Below are positions 13,950 through 24,200 of a DNA stretch of 64,000 bases, piece by piece; positions within the stretch are counted from its first letter, which is position 1, and every line of letters begins with the position of its first letter. Source of the DNA: Sphyrna mokarran (Eukaryota); the NCBI GenBank assembly GCA_024679065.1, contig JAGIQG010000009.1:100812001-100876000 (forward strand), given 5' to 3'. The translations under genes and the position numbers were made by a program. Below the pieces are notes generated by a model, which was not told the origin of the DNA, did not search any database, and saw only the letters and a list, made by a program, of their open reading frames with translations.

Positions 13950-14520
13950 GCCCGAGAGTCAAGAACGTTCAGCTATTTCATCTATGAGGTGTCAGCAACT
14001 TGCAATTTTCGGGCATGGCTGCTCTTTATAGTCCGGTAACGATGATGGACAATGGCCGCACTGCGGCTGCCACTGTTAAAACTATACAAAGCTATGATGC
14101 TGAAATTGGGAATGTTCGCTGATTAATGCAATGCATTTAGTATCATGCACTTCTGCTCAGACAGTAATATGAATCTTGATCATGTAAGTAAAGTGGGACA
14201 GCATGCTGCGTTAGCCTGATAAATGCCAATTGGCAATTTGCCAGCCAAGTTTTGTTTCTGGCAAGAAGAAAAAAAAAGTCATTCTCCCATATCTGTCAGT
14301 GGCATTGCCTTCACGAGAAGTCATTTCCATTCTTAATCAGACATTATTACTGACCAAGAGATTAACTGCACAATAAAGAAAATGCTCTAGCAAAATCATA
14401 GTGTTAGCAGTCAGGAATTTTGGCATAAATTATTCACCTCCCCCCACCAAAAGGCGCATTTCAGGAATTTGGCGGCTTACTAGATATTTGTCTGGATAAG
14501 TGTAATACCCAGTCAGTTTA
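13950..14520 (+). mobile_element. Degenerate L2-like LINE RT 3' fragment
   Basis: gttcgctgatt, gcctgataaatgccaattggcaattt and ggcattgccttcac motifs resemble L2 RT ends. Confidence 0.4.
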
Positions 14521-14589
14521 CATAATACAAAAGAGAGCAGTGTCGGCATTGTGAAAAAGACATAAAAGATGCAATCCAACGATTCGTTA

Positions 14590-14830
14590 AATCTACTTTT
14601 GCAACATGGGCTCTCTCCAACTCAAAATACTTGGAAAAAAAATTCGAACAACACCACCTACAAGTATGCCGGCAATCGGATCAGCACCCTAGTTGTCTTT
14701 CTGAATGCGTCACTGAGTCGAAATCAGAGCACACCTGTCATCACAGCGCATACAACCACAATGCAGTTTTTCAAGAAATGGACTCGTCAACAGCTTCAGG
14801 GCAATTCGGAATGAGCAACAAATGCTGATC
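14590..14830 (+). mobile_element. Degenerate RTE-like LINE 3' fragment
   Basis: TWALSNSKYLEKKFEQHHLQVCR resembles the RTE motif ETW...LE.FHQRCLR. Confidence 0.4.
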
Positions 14831-15231
14831 TACCATACAATTATTACCATGATTATTGATACTGATAAGAATAATAACATGATATCTAACAATTGAGCAA
14901 TATTCAACATTTTGCTTTGTTCTCTGTTTTCACTGATTTACTACAGGCATGAAGGAATGACGCTCGAAGAACTGAAGGCTGCACAAAACCTAGTACTGCA
15001 TTGTCAATATTATTGGAGAAATTCATATCGTTTGCAATTCATGCACCCATCCTTCGAAACATTCATCCAAAACCAATAAAACAAAAGTTGCACAAAATGC
15101 CTACAATTTACAAAACACACACCGCGTGCCGATGTCACAAGGAAGTAAAACAAAGAAAATCCAGTGAGGTGATTTGAAAGAAACAACAATTAATTGTCAT
15201 CCATTTATTTGTTAAACATTTTTGTTTTTAC

Positions 15232-15258
15232 CTTCCTCTAACGCAGTCAGCAGGCTCC
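15232..15258 (-). pseudogene. Exon, 27 nt (SLLTALEE), phase 1-1
   Basis: cttttctcctattag|...gaag|gtaaaa. Confidence 0.6.
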
Positions 15259-16729
15259 CTAATAGGAGAAAAGTTATACATATTCACAATCAGCAAATCA
15301 GTATAATCGCTTCAATTTTCTCGTAACTGTGAAATAGTCGATTTCCGTTTTGTTTCAAACGTTGCAACATTAAGTTACAAACAAACACAAGATGTGAACG
15401 TTATAACATAAATAACACTATTATCGTTAAATAGAACTTGCTGAGTAGATGGAAGATCACGTACAAGCTTCATCAATAGATTGTTATATTGTTATTGAAA
15501 TAAAGCGAAAGATATTTCAAGTTTAACTGTACATCTTTATGGGTACATGTTGATGTGTTTTTTAGCAGCCTTTCTTAAACTTTCCAGCACTACTTAAATT
15601 TTGTAACGAGAAGTTAGAATAGAGATGTCTTTTTGAACAAATGGCCTATATTGTTTTATTCATGTTTTAGTCCAATTATTTGGTAGTCCTTCTGAATAAT
15701 TTTATCATTGTAGTGAAAGAACATGAAAGTAAAGCCATATCTAAATTTGGCGTATGACTCACGTCATGTTCCTGCATTAAATTCGAGTAGCTCCTCATGT
15801 ATTGCTGAACTCAAACGATGAGTTATTTATGGTTGTCATTGCTTCCTCGCAAAAAAAAAATCATAATGCATCATTTATGAAATTTGGGATCCAACAGACA
15901 CTGTGCACATACAATTATCAATTTCAATTTAATTTAATTTCCATCTTAAAAATGTTGTTTATATTAAATACTTGATCCATAATTCCACATTTCATGATAG
16001 CATTTTGTCAATGGCCTTCTGCCAAGAGCCATATTGTTTACAATTTTGGGTGGGTCAATTGAAACAATACCACAATAAATGAACACAGAACTGTTCACTT
16101 CATGCACAATGTTGCCAAAGAAGGGCATCCCCTCCCCCCAAAAAATTGAACTCCACGGCATTTTTCTTGGCGAACAAAACCTGAGAGCAGAAAGTGTTTA
16201 ATGTTGATGCACAAATAGATATCTTCACGAAGTCATCAACAATCTTCCAGACTGCTGGCACGATTTTTTTAACCGAATGGGGGATAACGCTGAAATTTAA
16301 TGTATGCAAATTAACGGGCGTAAGGAGACATACAAGTTAAATAACCTGATCTGAGTTATTCTAATAGACTGTGCGTAACTTTGCCCACCATCTAGATCCT
16401 AAAGATTCTGAAGCAAGTACCAAAGAATAAAACAAAACATTCGTGTTAACCATTGGATTTGGAATTCATTTGGTATCCAATTTTCCAAAACTTTTTTTTT
16501 CAAAAACAATGATAAGCAGCCTGTGAGTATCAATTTGGAAATGATGATGAAGTTCATGGTAGCCTCAATTGTGTTACAAGTAACAGTAATCCAGTAATTC
16601 TGATACTTTGTTACGATAGATATTTTCAACTGAGATTGTTTCTTTTTTCTGGGAAATCATAAGGTCGCTGAAGTTGATGTATATCAGTTACATTTTTGCT
16701 CGTCAGACTTGTTTTTCATGACCACCGAC

Positions 16730-17260
16730 CCTCGCCTATTCTCCGCAGGCAACATGGATAAGATGGAGCGGCGGTTGCATGCACTTAAGAGCATGAAGGT
16801 GGTGGAAAGAGTCATAGACAGTTTTTTTTTTTGGTGATGTGGTGAGCCCCCAGTTGCAGGCAGTTAGATGAGTGACTGCTAGAATGAGTTGGATGCCACT
16901 ACGGGAATCACCTGTGATTTTTTCCCTCTCAAACAAGGATACCGCTTTGGAAACTGTTGGGGGATGGCCTCTCAGGGGAAATCGGCAGCAGGAACCTCAC
17001 CATTGGTGCCACATCTGAACCTGTTCTGAAGCAAGGAGGGAAAAGTGCACTACAGAAATAATTATCGGGAAGTCTGTAGTTAGGGCTACAGATAGGGATT
17101 TCTTTTGACGTGAAAGATACTCATTGGTGGCATGTTGCCTGTCTGGTGCGAGTGTCCAATATGTCTACGAACAGGAGGGAAATATTCTGAAGGAAGAGAG
17201 AGAATAGCAGAGGTCGTGTTTTTTATCGATGCTCACGAATTAGGAAGGAAGTGTAATCAG
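16730..17260 (+). mobile_element. CR1 ORF1 fragment (SGNH/esterase-like region)
   Basis: Decayed match to PLSN.Y.ALETVG, G.S.VR.TDR.F, CCL.GA.V and EVV..I...E.GRK. Confidence 0.75.
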
Positions 17261-17629
17261 GCTCGATGCATACAGATTATGCGCATAATTCAGAAAATCA
17301 TGCGTTCATAATCGACTGTTGAATACGTATTTTTCCAGGTAATGTTAGCATCCCTTCATGACGCATTGACATTCTTCTGTCCGCCACATACCGCGTATGT
17401 TGATGCATTTTTAAAGGGCAGCCGACTGTTAACAACAACTTAGCAGCCCGGAAACAAATGCAGACAGATCTCAACATAACAAAATAAAACTTCTTGAGAC
17501 TTGATAAAGAAACGTCTTAAAATGTTGGTAGGATGAAGTCAGCTTTCCCCATTTAAATTATTTTGTGATTGAAATACATTGAATGCGCATAGATAAATAA
17601 CCGACAAATCAGCAAAGCAACGTTAGAAA

Positions 17630-19400
17630 TGGAAAGGCAGAAAATTGAAAGAGAATGTTGTTCTTATCTCAGTCCAAAATGGCCTACTGTATCCTAAGGC
17701 TGCTACCCATTGTTTAACACCCTACAGATAGAGGAACATAACTTCCGTGCATACAACCTGTCCATCATTTCAGACTATTAAACCTTCTCAAGAAATCATT
17801 GTTATTCGTATTTCAGTGAATACAGACATTTTCCAACATTTTTTTCTTCATATAAGTATTCTGTCTTTTTTCAGGATTTTATCCCTGCACTCACCCCATC
17901 CTAATAAACTCCTTTATTAGATACGGATCAAACAACTGTGCACAATACTGTGATGTGATCAGCCATATCCTGCATATCTATAGGAAATCCACCTATACTC
18001 AAGTCCACTTACTTTGAAGGCAAACATACAATTTTACTTCCCATGGCTGGTTGTACCTAAACGTTTACTTGCACTGACAGGTGTTTGCTTACATCGAGTG
18101 ATGCACCAGAACGTCCATGTCTTCTATCAGGCCATCATTTGTCAATTTATCATAATTTATGTAATGCTTGCGTACACCTTCTTCATCGAAAATAGATAGC
18201 TTCATTTTTATTCCCATTATACTGTACTTGCCGTGCATTTTCCGATTCACTCACGGTATCTAATTTCGTGGAACCGTTTTAAAATACTCCACATTGCTCA
18301 CATTTCAGAAACTTTTGTGTCATCAGCAAGCTTAAAAATACACTTTTATCTCCCTCATGGAAATTATTAATTCACATTTTGCATCGCTTCGCCCTAATAT
18401 CCACGACCTTTTGAAAATAAATGCTGATCTTTATGCAGATTCATTAGTATCTTGCCTGCTAAGCTATTCTTAATCCATGCCAACATGTTATCCACAATCC
18501 AATGTGCTTTAATTTTGTGTGCTAACGTTTTATATGGAAATTTAGTAAAAAGCTTTTGGAAACTTTATCTGAAAGAAATACACTGATTCATCATTGTATT
18601 GGTTATGAACTGAAACATTTCCTGACTGTTGGTCAAACTTGATTTCCCATTCAAACCGGTACATCGAATTTATCTAGTTATTTTGATTATTTGGAATTGT
18701 CCAGTTGTCAAAGCTTTTACAATAAACATATTCATTTCTGATCACATTAAAGTGGCAGTTCTACACTTCATTGCTTTCATCTCTGACCCCTCGCTTAAGT
18801 TTTATTAATGGATTAACATGTGCTAAACAGCAATCTGATAGATCTGTTGCACAATGTGCAAAACTTTGGAAAATGACATTTACACATTCATTGTTTCAAT
18901 TGCCTCATTCTTTTGTGTATTGCAATGTAAATGATAAGGCTTTGGAAAATGTTTGACTTCCAGCCAAATTGATTTCACCAGTATTATTTTCTGGTAATAC
19001 CAACTTCGTTCAGCTCCTCCATCTCGTTGGACGTTTGATGCCTTAGCATACAAGTCATGTTATTTGTACCATCTTCTTACTGTTATAACTTTTAATGTTC
19101 CACACTGTGAAGCACCAATATTCCTTTTTCACTGATAAATTGTCTTTTATATGCCTATAGAAGCTTTCTGTTGTCCATTTTCATATTAGTTATATGTTTA
19201 ACACCTTCCTCTGAATCAAGACCTTAGTGCACATTGGCTGACTTACAAACTGAACTTTACCCTCACAATTTCTACTTTCTTTCAAGCAAATTTACCTGAC
19301 TCCTTTTTGAAACTAACACTGCCCTCAATTGTTTCGATAACAATGGTTGGGGATGTTTTAGTGTGTTCCTTGTGAGACAAAAATGAACGTATATTTATTG
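17630..19400 (-). mobile_element. Old degenerate CR1 ORF2
   Basis: Reverse-strand RT motifs, e.g. tttgtgtcatcagcaagctt (FADDTK), aaaagcttttggaaa and tgatttcccatt. Confidence 0.65.
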
Positions 19401-19453
19401 CATCACCAATTTGCGAAATTGGCCCCTACCGATCCTACAGAAAATATACTTAC

Positions 19454-19552
19454 TGTAAAGGAATTGTAAGTGATAAGTTTCAGGCATGTTCTATTTTGTG
19501 TGCTTTAGTTGAATGGTCAAGTGCAAACATATTGAAAACTCAAGGATTGTTC
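19454..19552 (-). pseudogene. Exon, 99 nt (TILEFSICLHLTIQLKHTK*NMPETYHLQFLY), phase 1-1
   Basis: tttattctcttgttgcag acceptor, taca|gtaagt donor; one stop. Confidence 0.7.
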
Positions 19553-19966
19553 CTGCAACAAGAGAATAAATTACATCTGAAAAAAAAAACACATTCAGAA
19601 CTTTTCCACATTAATATTGAGAGGAGATACACTGGTCTTTAAGGGCAAAGTTGTGGTAACAAACTGGCACAATCGACTTGATATCGGATTTTTAGAATGT
19701 CAACTTGCATATTTTGCAAGGCCACGGTTAATTCAATGGATCAGAGATTGCAAATCAAACATTCCATTATATTTTGAAGAGGGTAATACGTTTAATACGT
19801 GCAACAACACATTACAAAATTTCTGAATCTATGATGTCTTACTGAATGATAGTGCCAATCACCAAAGTAAAAAACATTTGCAAAGGAGTAGTGTTTTATG
19901 CTACTTGTGAGTCAAATCTTCGCTTTCAGAATTACAATAGATTCTGACAATCTATTACATTCTTAC

Positions 19967-20023
19967 TACCCATGAATGACAGTCGTGCAGGTAAAAACAT
20001 GGAGGGATGATTATTCAGATCCC
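19967..20023 (-). pseudogene. Exon, 57 nt (DLNNHPSMFLPARLSFMG), phase 1-1
   Basis: tttattctag acceptor, ggta|gtaaga donor; open frame. Confidence 0.6.
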
Positions 20024-20429
20024 CTAGAATAAATATGTTCAGAAAGGTAACTCATGGAATTGTGACACAATGACTGTTTTCAAGGTTTTGCGTTTGCTAT
20101 CCAATTGAACGCCCTCTTCGGATCATGTCAATAACCTCTCTAGTCATCAAATTATTTCTCCTCTGTCTTTGCTTTCGAGGCTTTTTTAATAGAAATATGT
20201 AATATGTTTATGTAGCTATGTTAAGATTGATAAACAAATGCGCATTTAGATGGATTAATAAATAGTTAAATGCATACATAAATAAATAAGCATATATTTC
20301 ATAATTCGTAGGAGTTATTACGTCAAATCTTAATTCTCAGAATCTGTTAATGATAGTTTCTCTTTATGAGAGTGCTATGTAGAATTTAATGTCCATCAAC
20401 ATTCATTCGTCAAACATGCAACAAACATG

Positions 20430-21690
20430 AGAACAAGTATCAGGATTAGGCGTCCCAAGACTTTGAGCCTGCTCGATCAGGTGATAATATCATGATTGAC
20501 ATGATATGAACCTAACGTCTGCATCCTGTCTACACCTGCCAATCTTTCACTTATCTGTTACCAACATTGCAGCCATCATTGTCATCAAAAACATTCAGAG
20601 AAACTGCACTCCCACCTTTTATGGAGATTTGTTCTGGATAATCAAGACATTCAGAGAGAAAACAAAATCGCCTAAACAACTTCTTTTTTTTAAAAAAAAC
20701 GAGCGACTGACCTTCTGAACAATGAAAATTCGCTCTAGATTGTCTCACATCACAAACAGCCTTTCCACATCTGCATTGTCATACATCTCTGGGTCTTAAA
20801 TATTTCAATCACAACGTGTCTTATCTTCGAAACTCTCGCTGACACAAATATAGTCTATCCGACATTCATTTTAATTAAATAATCAACCCAGTCAGAGTAT
20901 TTACTTTTCTTAAAAAGAAACTACCATTAATGTATTTGCGCAATTCTTGACGTAAGGACGAATAGTCAGCACATAACACTCCAGTGATGTCGACTCATGT
21001 TGTGCACTAATGACACGTTACTTTTCTACTTATATATTTAATTCGTCTTGGATTACCAAAAAGCTTTATTTATTACGTTCTGCACTTGAATAATAACGGG
21101 TTCTAAATCATTCAATAGAACATCGAAATCCCTCATCATTCAGTACTCTGCAATCTGTTACTATTTATATACTGTGCTTATTAAAAAAAAATCACAAAGC
21201 GCTGTTTCGGAATTTACCTCTTTCTTCTTCAGTTATCAGATTTCGAAACACTAAATTAAAGTATCTCAATATTTTCTAACATTTTTATGCCCTGTTCATA
21301 TTTTACCACACCCCACCCATCCCCCGTGCTTTGTGGTAAACAAGAATTTTGGCAACCACCTCTTCAACCGTTCGTCGACTTTATTTAAATAATGTGTAAA
21401 CCGTACCTGTGGTGCCTCATGTCTGACCGATTGCCAACCAGAGAAAAAAAAAGTTTTGTTTTTTGGCATCAAGCCCGTTTTCTACGCATAAAAAACCCTA
21501 TTTTGTGAGTTTTTTTTTTCAGAGAAAAAACAGTGTTGTTGTTTTCATTCTAATGTTTTCAGTAAATATAATTCCATAACACCCAGCTCCTTTCCTTTAT
21601 CTGCAGCGGACACTACTATCTTAAATCACTTGATGAAATATGATTTGCATTGCGGAAACCCGTGGTGATTATGCAAGACTACATTCAAGT
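20430..21690 (-). mobile_element. Old CR1, left part; interrupted by the R2-like insert
   Basis: Reverse tail at 20430; near 21560-21690 the decayed RT segment cctttatc...atgatttgcattgcggaaacccgtggtga. Confidence 0.55.
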
Positions 21691-21716
21691 GGCGGGAGTA
21701 ACTATGACTCTCTTAA
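21691..21716 (+). rRNA. 26-nt 28S rRNA fragment (upstream half of the R2 target); not an rRNA gene
   Basis: ggcgggagtaactatgactctcttaa is identical to the conserved 28S sequence that precedes ggtagccaaatg. Confidence 0.95.
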
Positions 21717-21850
21717 ATAGGGAAGGAGAGTCATAGTTACAATAGCTGTGTGAATTTTATCGCTCCTATAACACAGTGAGTTGCGCCTCCCCGATGGCCC
21801 CGTCGGCAACATCACTACTATTTGGGCGAGCAGTGATGGCTAAAGCAACT
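21691..21850 (+). ncRNA. HDV-like self-cleaving ribozyme 1 (intact-looking)
   Basis: P1 ggcggg 21691-96/cccgtc 21799-804; P2 agttgc 21779-84/gcaact 21845-50; P3 gcc/ggc with L3 tccccgat; P1.1 cc/gg; P4 catcact/agtgatg; J4/2 gctaaa with candidate catalytic C21840. Confidence 0.88.
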
Positions 21851-21914
21851 GGCCAAGGAACGAATCGCGGATGTAGTTGCATGTCTGTACCCAGTCAGAC
21901 TGCAGTTGCAAACT

Positions 21915-22086
21915 GGTGGATTGAGATTGGCTTTCATCCATTCATGCGGAAGAAGGGTCCATCCAGAATTGCCTATCTCAAGTAATTGTGCGAATCTTCT
22001 GGTTTCTATAACACAGTGAGTCAATCCCTTCCGCGGGACCCACCTGGTGTCGTCTCCAAGGGCACAGGAGATGGTATTCCATGACT
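21915..22086 (+). ncRNA. HDV-like ribozyme fold 2 (diverged)
   Basis: P1 ggtgg 21915-19/ccacc 22040-44; P2 agtca/tgact; P3 ccc/ggg with L3 ttccgc; P4 tgtcgtctcc/ggagatggta; J4/2 atypical (ttcca). Confidence 0.7.
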
Positions 22087-22099
22087 GGCCGAGAAACAA

Positions 22100-22305
22100 A
22101 TAGCGGGTGCGACTCATGCCCATACTATGACCACTCTCACCGGACTGTCAGCCAGGAGTGGTGTTGCTAGAGTAGTACTTGGTATGTTTAGCATAACTGT
22201 GGTTATCTTGGCGTTCTAAACCACAGTGAGTAAAACCTCACTGAGGTCCCGTAGGGTATTCAGGACTTCAAGCTAGCAGGTGATTGTCCTGAAGGGAATC
22301 TGACT
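22100..22305 (+). ncRNA. HDV-like ribozyme fold 3 (more degenerate)
   Basis: ctgtggtt/aaccacag stem then tgag; P3 acc/ggt with L3 tcactga; cccgta-gg; P4 ttcaggac/gtcctgaa; tgact. P1 5' strand uncertain and J4/2 non-canonical. Confidence 0.55.
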
Positions 22306-23060
22306 AGTCGAGAACTGCCAACGCCATTCTGTACCTGTAAACCTGGTAACCTGAAAGAAACTATGACTTGACAGGTCCCGTGCTGTTCCCGGGATAGTTG
22401 GTGAAATGCAGGTGACCGATGCGATCGCGCCTATCAAGGTAGCAGAAGCCTTACCGAGACATCCAGCCCAGGCGACTGGCTTCGACGGGAGACGATTGTA
22501 CCCGTATCTGGAGTGACGCAGCAAATGGACTGTGGTGCCCCGGCTCGTTCCTGATGATCGCTGGTCAGACGATGATGAAAAGGGGAAGGTTCGCGCGAAC
22601 CTCTAGAGACTCTTGTAAATTGACATTTGTCTTCTATGCCCCGAGAGATTGGGTGTGGTTAGACAGCGATGGGTGCAGCTCCCGGGTTGTGCGAGCGAGC
22701 TTCATACCGCGGTTGCGTTTTCGGTATTGTTCGGTTGTTCGTTGTACGTTTGTGTGTGTTACTTAATAAATCCGCTTTGTAACCAGATGATGTTTTATGG
22801 GTAAACGGCTCGGAGCAAACGAGCAAAAACTAACATACACGACAAACGCTTCCCAGTGATGTAACTCAATCCGCTTGTCTGCACTTGTGGTGGTTGTGGC
22901 TACATCGTTCTGAGATCAATTCCCCGATTCTGCCAATGGCCTAAGGGCTGTGATACCATCTGGTGGAAGACACTCTGATTCCCTTCAGAAGTGCGTGGCA
23001 CATGTCGATGAGCGACAACAAAACTCGAACAAGACGGTCTCCGAGTTTTTTCTCGAAAAT

Positions 23061-23900
23061 TAGCATATGTAATGGCGACGACTGCCACATATGTTCTCTG
23101 CGACATATGTTCAACTATCTGCCCTGCAGTTATGCCCTTTCTGCAGAATCCATCTTTTTTTTTAAACGGGGCGACATTGTTCCATTTCAAATAAGCTGTA
23201 CCTGTTTTGCATCTAGGAAGTTTTACAAAATTAAATCTACACATCCTCAACAAGTAATTTAAGAACGTGGAGGTTGTGCATTTGTCCTTGCATTTGTCAG
23301 GCAGCAGCTCTCACTATTCACTGAATGCCACTTCTCTCGAAATTATAATTTCCTTCGGTTTCTGGTCTTTTTCCCCGTTAAGTCAGTGTGTCACAGATCT
23401 TTCTGATGTTTTCTACAGAAATAACTGATGCAAAAATATATTTGATTCATTTCTCATTGTCCTGGTTTCCATTAAATGTCCTTCAGCTTCAATTTCTATT
23501 TGGGCAACGGACACACTGTTAACAATTTACTTTTCAGTTAATTTCTCACCGTTGATGTTCATTTCACTCACTTCCTTTCTCTTGCGCATTAATTATTCCA
23601 TCATTTTTAATCGTTGCATCGTTGGTCATCTTTCATGATATCATTTATTATTATTTTAATGCGCCAATTCAGCTTGCACAGTTACATGACTCTTTGTGAA
23701 GAATTTATTCTAGCTTTAACACAATTTATTAAACACGTATTTAAACTATGTCTATCGTACTTTCCTATTGTTTCTGTGAAGGTATTATGTGCATTCTGAA
23801 ATGATTTCTTAATGCTTTGTTACTGCCTCCCTTATTTTTCCCCCACCAATTCTGTTCAACGAGCCTAATTTTCAAGCGCTCACAATCGCTCTTATTGATG
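23061..23900 (-). mobile_element. Old CR1, right part; continues the copy left of the insert
   Basis: Decayed reverse-strand NYRPVSLT-region sequence (atgttcaactatctgccctgcagttat, aaacggggcgacatt) follows on from the segment at 21640-21690. Confidence 0.5.
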
Positions 23901-23953
23901 TGTTCAAACTGTAGTGAAATTTAGGAATAAATGGGCCATGCAACCTCGAGTAC

Positions 23954-24026
23954 TGTCAACCAGGATCGTTCATTAAGCTTTTTGCGCTGCATAATAGTAG
24001 TGCATAATAGTAGTGCACATATATGC

Positions 24027-24058
<32 letters not shown>

Positions 24059-24200
24059 GTGCATGTAGGCATACAAATCCAGATGGGCAAAAACATATCT
24101 TTTCAGGATAATATTTTCTCTAATAGCATGTTCACGAGACAGTAATAAAGAACTACTATTATGCAGCGCAAAAAGCTTAATGAACGATCCTGTGTTGACA
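23954..24200. mobile_element. MITE-like element with ~48-bp near-perfect terminal inverted repeats
   Basis: tgtcaaccaggatcgttcattaagctttttgcgctgcataatagtagt (23954-24001) is the reverse complement of 24152-24200 with one indel; (TA)n inside and on the right flank. Confidence 0.7.

Larger units (their letters stand above)
21691..23060 (+). mobile_element. Non-autonomous R2-derived element (SIDE-like) with tandem HDV-like ribozymes, outside rDNA
   Basis: Starts with 26 nt of 28S target sequence; three HDV-like folds; no recognisable R2 ORF; ends tcgaaaat|tagc; host CR1 resumes afterwards; GC/CpG-rich against an AT-rich background. Confidence 0.8.

Noticed and set aside
21691-21716. rDNA unit or 28S pseudogene
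   Set aside because: Only 26 nt match; the flanks are not rRNA.
21771-22230. CRISPR-like repeat-spacer array
   Set aside because: Eukaryotic context, repeats short and diverged, spacing over 200 nt, and explained by the ribozyme units.
22545-22590. Hammerhead ribozyme (ctgatga...gaaa)
   Set aside because: Extra bases between stem II and GAAA, and no convincing stem I/III or cleavage triplet.
21776-22766. Short ORFs within the insert as R2 protein
   Set aside because: No zinc-finger, Myb, RT or endonuclease motifs; expected by chance in GC-rich sequence.
21691-22806. Retrozyme-like circular monomer ending at the internal gggtaaac|ggc
   Set aside because: No ribozyme body follows 22807, and the insert appears to continue to a TAGC junction at 23060.
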